Assembly (NCBI RefSeq): GCF_006345805.1
Contig: NC_042999.1
Coordinates: 42,098,001 to 42,162,000 of the forward strand
Source: Octopus sinensis
Lineage: Eukaryota
Length of the DNA: 64,000 nucleotides
Reading direction: 5' to 3'
Shown: positions 53,060-64,000 of the stretch, in pieces
Layout of the letters: every line of letters begins with the position of its first letter
Position numbering within the stretch: position 1 is the stretch's first letter
The notes under the pieces: model-generated
What the model was told of the DNA's origin: nothing
The model's database searches: none
Seen by the model: only the letters and a program-made list of their open reading frames with translations
Position numbers and translations under genes: made by a program

Positions 53060-53894
53060 ACTGTTTCAGAAAACGATTCAGCGAATAGCGTGAGCTACTT
53101 CACAGAACAAAGATTTCTTTCTCACTCGCTCTCTCTCTCTCTCTCTCAACCGCTCTCACGCTCGCTCTTAAATATCACATTCTCTCTATCCCTTCCACCC
53201 AGTCTACCTCTCTCTCACACACACTGAAAATCCGTGTTGATGTTTAGAAACAACAATTTTCTCACGTTAGAAAAAATTATTTTGTGTTGAAGTGTCTCGT
53301 TCAGAATACAATAATACTCGACTCCCAAAAGGAGTCAAGAGAGTGAAGGAAAGTGATTGGCGATAATGATCACCCGTATCTTCATTCTCCTGCTTTGGTT
53401 GATAATATAATTTAGTGGGAAAAAAGACTAATTAATTACGCACAGTTACTGATAAAATTATTTTAATGACTCAACGAATTGGTTAAATTTTTCGAATGTT
53501 AGTTAAAAAGTTTCGCAAATCTGTTCCAACTCCTTGTGCACTGAGTTTAAATGCCAACGAGATCATCTTTACTTTTTATCCTTTCAGGATCGATAGAAAG
53601 ATAAGAAAAAAGAAAATAACGATCCAGCACGGCCTTTTGGCGAGTCTCTAAGAATGTCAGGCAGGGGCTTTGAGTTGTTCGTTCCCTTCTGAAGCCAAAT
53701 TAATAGTGTAGCCTTTAATACTTTGCCCATCACAGGGCGTTTGTGGATGCCTTTAACAGACCCCACTTTTTTTGCAATCATTCAGCTAAGCTTGAGAATC
53801 ATGTCGAGAATCTTCGAGACTTTCACGCGCTACTTCCTGGCTGAAAGATTAGTTGTGTATTATATATATCTGTGTGTGTGTTTGCGTGTTTGCG

Positions 53895-54060
53895 CGTATG
53901 TATATACTCTTTTTACTTTTTTACTTGTTTCAGTCATTTGACTGCGGCCATGCTGGAGCATCGCCTTTAGTCGAGCAAATCGACCCCGGGACTTATTCTT
54001 TGTAAGCCCAGCACTTATTCTACCGGTCTCTTTGCCAAACTGCTAAGTGACGGCCAAACG
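53895..54060 (-). mobile_element. SINE family B, 3' half
   Basis: tttacttgtttcagtcatttgactgcggccatgctggagc... Confidence 0.85.
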
Positions 54061-54071
54061 CTAAGTGACAT

Positions 54072-54107
<36 letters not shown>

Positions 54108-54180
54108 CGTATATGCATACGCATATAGATGTATATGCATATATATATATATATACTCTTGTGTGTATGTGTGTGTGTAT

Positions 54181-54243
54181 GTGTAAATTATCTATTATCC
54201 TCATTCAATTGAACGCAACGGATCCATTTCCAAGTAAGTTTAT

Positions 54244-54297
<54 letters not shown>

Positions 54298-54352
54298 TAC
54301 ATGGAAATGGATCCGTTGCGCTCAATTGAATGATGATAATAGATAAATTACA
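54181..54352. repeat. Fold-back with ~60-bp arms around a (TA)n core
   Basis: aattatctattatcctcattcaattgaacgcaacggatccatttccaagtaagttt is mirrored by aaacttacatggaaatggatccgttgcgctcaattgaatgatgataatagataaatt. A related half-copy lies at ~51685-51725. Confidence 0.9.
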
Positions 54353-55329
54353 CACACACACACACATACATATATGTGTACAGAACGTCACCACCTGTAC
54401 AAAGGAGTTAAATACGTAAACAACGAGAGGAAATGGAAAACAGGAAAGTAAACACAGAGAAAGAACCCTTCATCAGTTGTCGGATGTCTATCTACCTCTC
54501 AATTCGAACATTCAACGACAATATGGGTCTTCAAAGACAATTGCTCCCATAAATTCTAACATAAAGTTTAGGATTTATGGAGGGCTAAATTTGGGAACAA
54601 AAACAAGGCATTAGAGAGACATAAATGGAAGCCGAACGAAAACGAACATGGAATGGCGTTAGACTAGCACGGGAGGAAAAGAGGGAACGCTGGGAAAAAT
54701 AATTTCTTTGAAACAAGAAAATATAGAAGGGAGAGAAATATCACGTCCAGTCTTATGAACGTCGAAGCAGGCAAAGAAAGATGGTCACGTGAGGAAAAGA
54801 ATAATGGACGATGGTCACGTGTGAGCAACGAGTGATAGAAGAGAGAAAGAGTGGGAGAGAGAGATAGATAGAAAACGCCCTCCTTCTTTCAACGTTTTCT
54901 ATCTGTCTGTCTGTCTCTCTCTCTCCCTTCTCCTCTATCTCTTTTTCTGTCTTGTTGCTCACAGGTGACCATCACCCATCTTTCTTTTCCTCACGTAACC
55001 ATCTTTCTTTTCCAGCACGGAGCCCGAAAGGATGAAAGATAAAGTCGACATCAGCAGGATTTGAACTCAGAGAGCGGAGATCGGAACAAATACCTTGTGA
55101 CATTCTATCGAAAATTTTTAAGATTCTGCTAATTTGGAGTCTATTCTCAACCACAAACTAAAAGACAGATGTCTTTACTTGTTTACTCTGTTGAATTATG
55201 TATAAGGTTATAGTGAATTCATCAATAATTTGTTTCTTTTATGCTTTTGTTTTGCAAGATTCTTGATGTGAAATCGTGAGTTGAAACATATAATGCTATA
55301 TTTGGGGGTGGTCAACCATCCCTAAATAT

Positions 55330-55754
55330 AACAATATTACGGTTCAGTTCAGTCCATTATCACTGTCGTGACTGCCACGTTTGTGCTAAAACTGCTTTCA
55401 GCTGACTAAAAAGACATTTAGGGTTCCAGTTGCACAAGATCCCCTAGATTGTGTCGAGAACGATGAAAAGTTTTGAAAACTTTGCGTAGGCCTCTGCGCA
55501 CATGTCGCAAAGTTTTTGGCAAAATTTAATGCAGATTTTCTGCTCAGCTTTCTCTGTCATGGTTAATGCGACGATCATACGCTCCACACCTTCCTTCCAA
55601 GCACTGCTGTAAACAGCGAAAATAAGCTAGAACGTTAAAACATTGCGCGCATGCGCAACAGTGTTCAAGGTCAATCTGTGCCAAGCGACTTCATTCTGCA
55701 TGCTTTAGCTTCATTACTACAACGACAGTCCGGATACTTATCGATCAGACCATG
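55330..55754 (-). mobile_element. Mariner 5' fragment
   Basis: The minus strand begins TA-catggtctgatcgataagtatccggactg (TIR). The ATG at 55560 gives MTEKAEQKICIKFCQKLCDMCAEAYAK, a typical mariner N-terminus. Confidence 0.78.
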
Positions 55755-55759
55755 TATAT

Positions 55760-55915
55760 ACGACGAGCTTCTTTCAGTTTCCGTCTATAAAATCCACCCA
55801 CAACGCTTTGGTCGGCCCGTGGCTATAGTAAAAGACACCTGCCCAAGGTGCACTGCAGCGGGTTTGAGCCCGGAACTATGCGGTTTGGAAGCAAGCTTCT
55901 TACTATACAGTCACG
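55760..55915 (-). mobile_element. SINE family B, 5' half
   Basis: cttctttcagtttccgtcta...gacacctgcccaaggtgc...gcaagcttcttactatacag. Confidence 0.8.
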
Positions 55916-57260
55916 TTTGTTTATATTCTAAGTAACAAAAGTCACACCAAAGTCGATAAAATAATGTATCAGTGAAATATTGAAATCGATAGTATCAACT
56001 AAAATCTTTTTCTCAAAACTAGCGGCCTAAATTAGCAACAATTAAGACCCCCAAACTTCTCAGTGTAATATTTTGATATTTTACAGAACAGTGTGGAATT
56101 ATGTAACATTTCTTATCCTGTAACACATACCAGTGATACGCAACGATGCATGATTAACGGAAAATCCGGTTCCTTATCTACTTGCCAATTACATCTCTTA
56201 CTCTGGTGATATATATATTTTAGGTCGTTCTTGTATAATTTATATCATTAAAAAAAGAAAAGAAATTGCACTAGAAAGTCAAAAAAAAAAAAGAACTCCA
56301 ATATTTCATTTGCTCTTAACATAATGATTGATGGAATTTAATGATTGAGATCGAAAACCACACCTATATCAAGCGATGTCAGAAAGTAGAAAGCTTCACA
56401 GGCGAATCGAAGAAAATTAAATGAATGCGTGCCTTCTTAAGAACATATTTTCTCGTTGTTATGCATGACAGAAGAAAAACATTCTTTTTCCTTTAATTAG
56501 CCTGCTTGTGCTTTTCCAAGCTTAACCCAAGAGCTAGAGGCTAAATTCGTTGGCCTAATATCAATTCTGTCACGTCAAGTTATCTATGGCTCAGCTTGTT
56601 CCTATTTATTCCTTATTATTGATCGGCAATCAGTAAAAACTATAAAGTCACAAACTACATATTATTTCCATTAGTTCGAGTTCAACATTATAAGCCAATG
56701 GTTTTACGTAGAAATCTCTCTTCTGTTACGAAACAATTCATACACTTGTTTTGTCTTGTTTTTATTTCTTTATTTATTTCATAGTATTTTTTGATTTTAG
56801 TTCTTAGCTGATCAATGACTTTGCTTTCAATGACTTTTTTTGTACATGACAAAACGAACAATTAATCACCTCGTTTTCAATTTGACCTGTTAAACTTAAC
56901 CAATTCCTATCATCTTTCAATACTTCTGCCTGTTTCTTCATCTTTCAGTCTATTTCAATTTTTATTTCTTTCTTTTCCTCCATTTCCAAAGATTGTGTAA
57001 TTCTGTCTATCACTCTTCGCAGTTTCTTTTTAATCCAAACACAAGTGAACTATATTGAATATTTTATATCACTGACATGTTCTGGAATAAATGAAAATAT
57101 AACACGTTACCTTATTACTTCTGAAAAATTTTCATTCATTTGCTTGCAGCAAAGTCTATATTTCTCTACAATAAAACTACCGGTTACGGTGATAAATATG
57201 AGAATTCAGTTTTCAAATACCTTTGCAAAGACTCTTTATATAAGTAACTTTATATTTCTT

Positions 57261-57659
57261 TATTTCTTTGTTGCCCACAAGGGGATAAACATAGAGGGGA
57301 CAAACAAGGACAGACAGGGGAAATAAGTTGATTACATAGACCCCAGTGCGAAACTGGTACTTTATTTATCGACCCCGAAAGGATGAATGGTAAAGTCGAC
57401 CTCGGCGGAATTTGAACTCAGAACGTAGCGGCAGACGAAATACCTATTTCTTTACTACCCATAAGGGGCTAAACACAGAGGGGACAAACAAGGACAGACA
57501 AACGGATTAAGTCGATTATATCGACCCCAGTGCGTAATTGGTACTTATTTAATCGACCCCGATAGGATGAAAGGCAAAGTCGAACTCAGAACGTAGCGGC
57601 AGACGAAATACCGCAAAGCATTTCGCCCGGCGTGCTAATGTTTCTGCCAGCTCGCCGCC
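57261..57659 (-). mobile_element. SINE family A dimer
   Basis: Internal junction cgaaatacc|tatttcttt at 57444/5; imperfect TSD tatataagta(a/t)cttta. Confidence 0.9.
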
Positions 57660-57692
57660 TTATATATAAGTATCTTTAGTCATAACGAACGT

Positions 57693-58087
57693 GATTATTT
57701 TTTGGAAGCACTCCGTCGGTTACGACGACGAGGGTTCCGGTTGATCCGAATTAACGGAACAGCCTGCTCGTGAAATTAACGTGTAAGCGGCTGAGCACTC
57801 CACAGACACGTGTACCCTTAACATAGTTCTCGGGGATATTCAGCGTGACACAGAGAGTGACAAGGCCCGCCCTTTGAAATACAGGTACAACAGAAACACG
57901 AAGTAAGAGTGAGAGAAAGTTGTGGTGAAAGAGTACAGCAGGGATCGCCACCACCCCCTGCCGGAGCCTCGTGCAGCTTTAGGTGTTTTCGCTCAATAAA
58001 CACTCACAACGCCCGGTCTGGGAATCGAAACCGCGATCCTACGACCGCGAGTCCGCTGCCCTAACCACTGGGCCATTGCGCCTCCCG
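57693..58087 (-). mobile_element. SINE family C, full length
   Basis: Highly similar to 30663-31048; TSD taacgaacgt (57683-57692 / 58088-58097). Confidence 0.92.
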
Positions 58088-58624
58088 TAACGAACGTACA
58101 TAAAGGGAAATTAGCAATATTGTCAGATTACTAACACAATTTGCTCCCACTTTCTGTGGCATGAGTTCAAATTTCAAGGAGGCCGATTTTGACTTTTATC
58201 TTTTTTGGTGGGGTAGGATTAAGAGAAAGTACAAATGCCAGATGGTGGATTGGTGAAAATGTCGGAGGATTTAACGGCACCCAATCTGTTTTTTTTTTTT
58301 GTGTCTAACAGCAACACCTACAGCGATAGTATGCCAGACTATGTCGGCCCAAGTTGGTGGGCTCTCCTTGCATAAATGAAACTTAAATGGAAAGGCAACT
58401 ATCAGTCTTCCTTCAAAAATCTTGTCCAAACTTTTGCATGCATGGGTTGATGCACGGTCAACACTGGCCAATGTATGTCATAGAAGAGGGATGTAATATA
58501 AGTTTAAGACAGAGGGGAAAAAAGGAGTATCGCACTAGTCCATATAGTTGGTTCATGAAAGTATTAAGGTCATTACTTGATTAAACCATATTGATTAAAC
58601 ACCAATTATTGTTATTGTTGTTGT

Positions 58625-59285
58625 CAAGGCATCGATCCTAGCAGCATTTCGTCCGTCTCCACCTTCTGAGTTAAGATTATACTCTGATGTCGATTCTGTT
58701 TCATCCTTTCGGGATCGATAAAATAAGTATCAATCGAGAACTGGTGTCGCTGTAATTGACTTCCCCTTCTCCCAACATTTCGGGCCTTGTGTCTATATTT
58801 GAAAGGATTATCTAAGGTGGCGAGCTGGCAGAATCGTTAGCACGCCGGGCGAAATGCTTTGCCGTATTTCGTCTGCCGTTACGTTGTGAGTTCAAATTCC
58901 GCCGAGGTCGACTTTGCCTTTCATCCTTTCGGTGTCGATAAATAAAGTACCAGTTGCGCACTGGGGTCGATGTAATCGACTTAATCCCTTTGTCTGTCCT
59001 TGTTTGTCCCCTCTATGTTTAGCCCCTTGTGGGCAATAAAGAAATATATATTTGAAAGGATTATTATTACTGCCGTCAAGAGATTTTGATCTAGTAGAAC
59101 CGTTTGTGTGTGGGACAAAATGCTTAGCAGCATTTCTTCTTTACGTTCTGAGATTAAATTCCGCTAAGTCGACTTTTCTTTTCATCTTCTCGAGATCGAT
59201 AAAATATCATTTGATCACTCGGGTTGATATAATCGATTAATCACCCTCTCACTAAAATTGCTGACCTTGTACCCACATCTAAAGT
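58625..59285 (+). mobile_element. Cluster of three SINE family A copies
   Basis: A young tail-1 copy at 58812-59046 has an 18-bp TSD tatatttgaaaggattat and sits in the tail of an older tail-2 copy. Confidence 0.88.
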
Positions 59286-59639
59286 AATTATAGTTATTGC
59301 TGTTTTGATTCATTGGGCCAGCAACACCCATTCCAATACTTCCCCTAAAGTTTTTTTTATTCAGGTATCAAGACTCATTTTCATTGTTGATATCTGTTAT
59401 TTACCATAAGCTAGCGAGTACACGGTGGGAAGATCGGATCGCCTCTTTTATCGCTTACAGTTTAGGGGCAAAACATCTTAACAAACTTTAGTAATTGTTT
59501 GTTTTCGAAAACAAATTTTTAAATGGCAACGTCTTTTACAAACCATTGAGGCGTAGTGGGAGAGAAGTAGGAGAGAAACTGTTGAAAAAAGTGGTTCCTC
59601 TCTTCAGATTACACAGTCTAAAAGACCTACACGACCACT

Positions 59640-60300
59640 ATGGCAAACGACCCAGCACTATCAACAGAAAAAAAAAATCTTGTCAAATTTAGAGAACAGC
59701 ATCAACCGATCAAATTCCACCACAACAGGTCATGGGGTCAACCACAAATCTTCAACAAGAGCAGCAACAGTAATAACAAAAGAAAAGCCAAAATCGTGAG
59801 TGTTACTATCACAACCACTCTACCTTCGCATCACCCATAGAAGCATAACCAACCATAACAATCAACTATACTACAAACAAAACCACTCTCTTGTGCAGGC
59901 ATTGCTTTTCTCCCTACCACAGATTTCTCTGACGGCGACGACTACCAGAATGGATACTTGTGTAAACGAAGAGGAAAGATAGAAAATATGAAACGTTGCG
60001 TCAGACTAAATCATCCAAAACGAACATCCTTGTCGTGTAGATACAGTGATCGACGAACAATCACTTTCCGACACTCCTCAAACCAACACAGCCACAAGCA
60101 CTGTTAACACTAAAAACACCGTCATCATTCGAAAACACAATCTAGTCTACACCATCAACAAGAACAGCACCTGCACATCGAACAACCAAAACGTATCATC
60201 AAGTACACGAGCACAGAGACCAAAAGCAAAGACTTGACATATTTACATCGACACAGATTTTACTCACAATGACTACATCATACGAGACTCACGATGAGTA
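59640..60300 (+). mobile_element. Very decayed Penelope-like RT/EN remnant
   Basis: Fragments LVKFREQHQPIKFH, PSHHP*KH, QNGY and HNLVYTI occur in the expected order for the PLE RT thumb and GIY-YIG start; many frameshifts are needed. Confidence 0.4.
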
Positions 60301-60873
60301 GATCACATGACTACATAACATCCCAATGCAAATTAAAGTTATTGAATCTAAGAAACATATTACAAGCTGGAAACGAAATATCCTAATGAAATAGAAGATA
60401 ACCGGTGGACTATTGATGAAAGACAGTCTAAAACCTACTTGCGGAAACACCCACCTTTAGCCGAAAGGACGGAAATTCTGTCCTTTCACAGAAATAAGGC
60501 AAGTAGTCCTTTTCACTTTCCTCCCCCGTACTTGTCAATGCTGCCTTGAAAGGGAGTTAAGGCTTCCTGTTCAGCGATCGCTGGTCGCTAAATATAGATG
60601 TAGTGGCTATAAGCGAGACAATGATTTCCGAGGCACGATTCTTTGCTCCCAGCCTCCGCAGCTTCGAGTTGTATACATCTCTAGGTCTGACGGGAATAGA
60701 TAGCGGAGTAGCTGAGCTACTTCGGAAAGGACTGCATCATCCGATACGGATCATCTTCCTGGACGCATCATTAGCCATAACATGCCTATTCGTCCACTTA
60801 GCTGGTATTAATCTTATGGTAGGTGTGTAATACTCAAATGCCAACTGAATTTCTTCTCCTTTCCTCTACTTCT

Positions 60874-61288
60874 TATTCCTTTATTGCCCACAAGGGGCTA
60901 AACATAGAGGGGACAAACAAGGACAGATAAAGCGATTAAGTCGATTACATCGACCCCAGTGCGTAACTGGAACTTAATTTATCGACTCCGTAACGATGAA
61001 AGGCAAAGTCGACCTCGGCGGAATCTGAACTCAGAACATAACGGCAGACGAAATACCTATTTCTTTACTACCCACAAGGGGCTAAACACAGAGAGGACAA
61101 ACAAGGACAGACAAACGGATTAAGTCGATTATATCGACCCCAGTGCGTAACTGGTACTTATTTAATCGTCCCCGAAAGGATGAAAGGCAAAGTCGACCAC
61201 GGTGGAATTTGAACTCAGAACGTAGCGGCAGACGAAATACTGCTAAGCATTTCGCCCGGCGTGCTAACATTTCTGCCAGCTCGCCACC
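60874..61288 (-). mobile_element. SINE family A dimer
   Basis: Same internal junction at 61057/8; flanking TSD tcctctacttct (60862-60873 / 61296-61307). Confidence 0.9.
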
Positions 61289-62129
61289 TTTTCTCTCCTC
61301 TACTTCTGCTTCATACCCCTGGCCACACCCACAGAGGTCTCGCCTTTGTTTCACTTAGGCTAAGGGCTGTTTTCATAACCAATTTCTGAGTATGTGATAT
61401 CCTTCCCTTTCTTTGGATAAGCAGGAATATGACAGTTTTCTTTTCCCATCCCAACAAATCCCGCTGGCAAAGCAGCATACCCCTCTTTCATTTACTTTTT
61501 AACATTGTTTCTTGTTTTCGAGTATTTTTATTAAACCCAAATCATTGTAGTCACTAGGATGTTGTCGCAAATTATCATTGTTCTGCAGTTGTTTATGGTA
61601 ATTTTGCAGCCGATGTTATTATGAGCTTTGCTATCAATGGTAATGTTATTCATTTTGCAATTGTCATTATTTTCTGTAATGTCAAAAATGTGTTAATGTC
61701 ACTTTTGACATTGTTTAAATCGTTTCCTTATTCCTTTTGGGTTTTTTTTCTTCAAAATCTCCAAATTCATTTTTATTTTCGGTGAAGTTGGGTGGGAATA
61801 TCTTTCACGCTTCTCGAAAGGAAGCCTACCACCACCAATATTGGAGTCGCCTACTGCTAAAGCTACTACAAATGCAATCATGTTTACAAACAAATTTTGC
61901 AAATATCTGACGCTAAAAAACAGAGTTGAAATAAAACCAATTCAGTTACCCTCAAAAGAGAAGAAAATTAAATTTTAAAATCTCATCTGCTTCTTCAAAC
62001 AGTCAACACACACACATACATACACACACACACAAACTGAAACCAAAAAATACACTTCAGACAGGAATGAAATGTTTGAAACCCCTAACTGAGAGAAATT
62101 TGCAGACATCTCTTAATAGCTTCATGGCC

Positions 62130-62163
<34 letters not shown>

Positions 62164-62249
62164 TTAATATTAATAATAATAATTATAATTATAATGATGA
62201 TGATGATGATGATGATGATGATAAAACGAACCAACTCAATCAAGTATAG

Positions 62250-62824
62250 CATTGATCAGCAGTATCAGACTATATAAAAATTCATCTGAGACAATTAGAT
62301 TTATAAGTGGGCGTTCAAAAGCAGATCATAAAGAGTACAATAAACGCCGTAACAAAGTGGTAGTCCGAATGCACTGGAATTTGTGCAAGAAGTATGGGCT
62401 AGAATGTTCTAAAAAGTGGTATGAGCACCAACCTTTGCCAGTAGCAGAGAATGATCAGAGAATGATCACATGGTATACGCCAATGTACACAAAACAAAAT
62501 GCAACCTAACCGATGAGATATCACTTCTTCTACGGAAGGAGCCCAAAGAATGAACTTTCATCGACGTAGCTATACCTACAGACCAAAATAGTGTGAAGAT
62601 AGACGACAAGAACGCCAGAGAGTACTAAGACGTAGCATACAGTCTCAAACACATAGTATCTCAAACGTGACTGTAGTACCTATTGCGATCGGTGCGTTCG
62701 GGGCCATCTGAAAGAGAGAAATAATCTGGCACTAAAAGCTGCAAATGCCAAATTCATAGGAATTATTCAGTTGGTAGCAATAATTGGAGCCGCTCATGTG
62801 TTGAGAAACATTTTGCGCAACTAA
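62250..62824 (+). mobile_element. R4/Dong-clade non-LTR retrotransposon 3' end (restriction-like endonuclease)
   Basis: ETIRFISG..., HWNLCKKYGLECSKKWYEHQP, FIDVAIPTDQN and VTVVPIAIGAFG; bordered by (TAA)n-rich tracts. Confidence 0.8.
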
Positions 62825-63299
62825 GCTACGGGATGGAGCAGAGTCGTGACATAGCTAAATCAGGTTAAGTTTAGTCACTTAATGAATAATTATAATTATA
62901 ATAACTATTATTATTATTGGCGGTGATCTTGGAAAAACTGTTAGCACGCCGGAAAAAACTCTTAGCGGCATTTCGTCCGTCTTTACGTTGTTAGGTCTAT
63001 AAAATAAGTACCAGTTGAGTACTGGGATCGATGAAATCGACTTTACTTTTACCTAAAAGTTTCAGGCCTTGTACCTTTAGAAGATAGAGGTCGGTTTTTG
63101 CCTTCCGTCCTTTTGAGATCTATGAAAGAAATTCCAGTTGAGCTCTGAGAATGATACAATCAACTAACTCCCACCACCAAAATTTAGAAGGGATTGTTAT
63201 TACTATTGTTGTTTTAGTCCAGTACTTGCCATGAAGGGGCTTTTCTTGCCATCGTTTTATCATGGTCCGTTGTTGTTCTAGTTTTAGTTTTGATTTCAT

Positions 63300-64000
63300 T
63301 TGCTTTATAGCTTTTGTTCTGTTTTCTTCTTCTTTTTTTCTTCTTCGTTTTCTTCTTCTTCTTCATATTTGTTAGGTAGTATGATTTCTTGTTTGTATTT
63401 GTCAGCTTCCTTAAATACCGAGAACAATTTTTTGTTTTGCTCGTGTTTTGCCGCTATTTGTATCAGTTTTCCTTGCTTCTGAAGTAGGTATTTTCGCAGT
63501 CCTAAGGAGGTTATTTTATAGTAGTTTTCCAGCTTTATAAGGCCTCTACCACTTTCTATACGTTGTATATATAGCCTTTCTATGTCAGATTATTGGTGAT
63601 GCATTCTCGATCCTGTCATTATTTTTCTTGTTTTTCTATCTATTTTGGTTAGTTCATTTAGCGTCCAGTTAAGGATATTGTAGCTGTAACTTATAACTGG
63701 GACGGCTAAAGCGTTAATACCTATTATCTTGTTTTTAGCATTGAGCTCTGTTTTTAGTATTGATCTAACTCGTCTATAGTATTCTTTCTTTATTTTCTCT
63801 TTCATTTGTGTGTGTTGTGTCTTATCTATTTCATGGATTCCTAAATGTTTGTAAGTTTGGCTTTGGTCTAATTCTCTTATTTCATTTGCTTTATCTAGTG
63901 TGATGTTGCTACTCTTAATTAGTTTTCCTCTTTTCAGGGTTACTTTGGCGCATTTTTCTAATCCAAATTTCATATCTATTTCTTTGGTGAATCCATGAAC
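63300..64000 (-). mobile_element. R4/Dong-clade RT C-terminal region, continuing beyond the window
   Basis: ORF 63590-63973 reads MKFGLEKCAK...YKHLGI...KEYYRRVRSILKTELNAKNKIIGINALAVPVISYS...IDRKTRKIM, followed after a stop by RLYIQRIESGRGLI. Confidence 0.85.

Noticed and set aside
54440-54530. Minus-strand gacaa-CTGATGA-aggg with an upstream AUA-ttgtc
   Set aside because: Stem I and the core half are plausible, but no GAAA or stem III could be placed. At most a decayed remnant.
60430-60850. GC-richer island, possibly a LINE fragment
   Set aside because: No convincing motif in any frame; left unassigned.

Overview
This is AT-rich eukaryotic DNA packed with microsatellites and transposable elements (TEs). 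No host protein-coding exon, rRNA or true tRNA gene could be supported. The tRNA-derived SINE families and the microsatellite load suggest an octopus (coleoid cephalopod) genome; this is inferred from pattern recognition, not a database hit. The window holds at least five modular tRNA-SINE families (labelled A-E here), several with clear target-site duplications (TSDs). It also holds decayed LINE fragments (CR1/L2-like RT, L1/Tx1-like ORF1 zinc knuckle, RTE, R4/Dong), Penelope-like GIY-YIG remnants, four Tc1/mariner relics, MITEs and several old local duplications. Almost all ORFs in the supplied track are microsatellite artefacts. Three signals stand out. (1) A type I hammerhead ribozyme with an intact catalytic core at 52784-52844, inside a ~470-bp tandem/inverted unit inserted in (TA)n. 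(2) A dispersed family of minimal hammerhead-like folds with variant cores and stem covariation at 37118, 45260 and 47844, plus hammerhead-like motifs in the arms of an inverted Penelope-like cluster at 31850-34990. Together these suggest several microsatellite-associated retrozyme/Penelope-derived families. (3) Head-to-tail SINE arrays at four loci that share one identical internal junction. All translations, folds and coordinates were read by eye and need computational confirmation.
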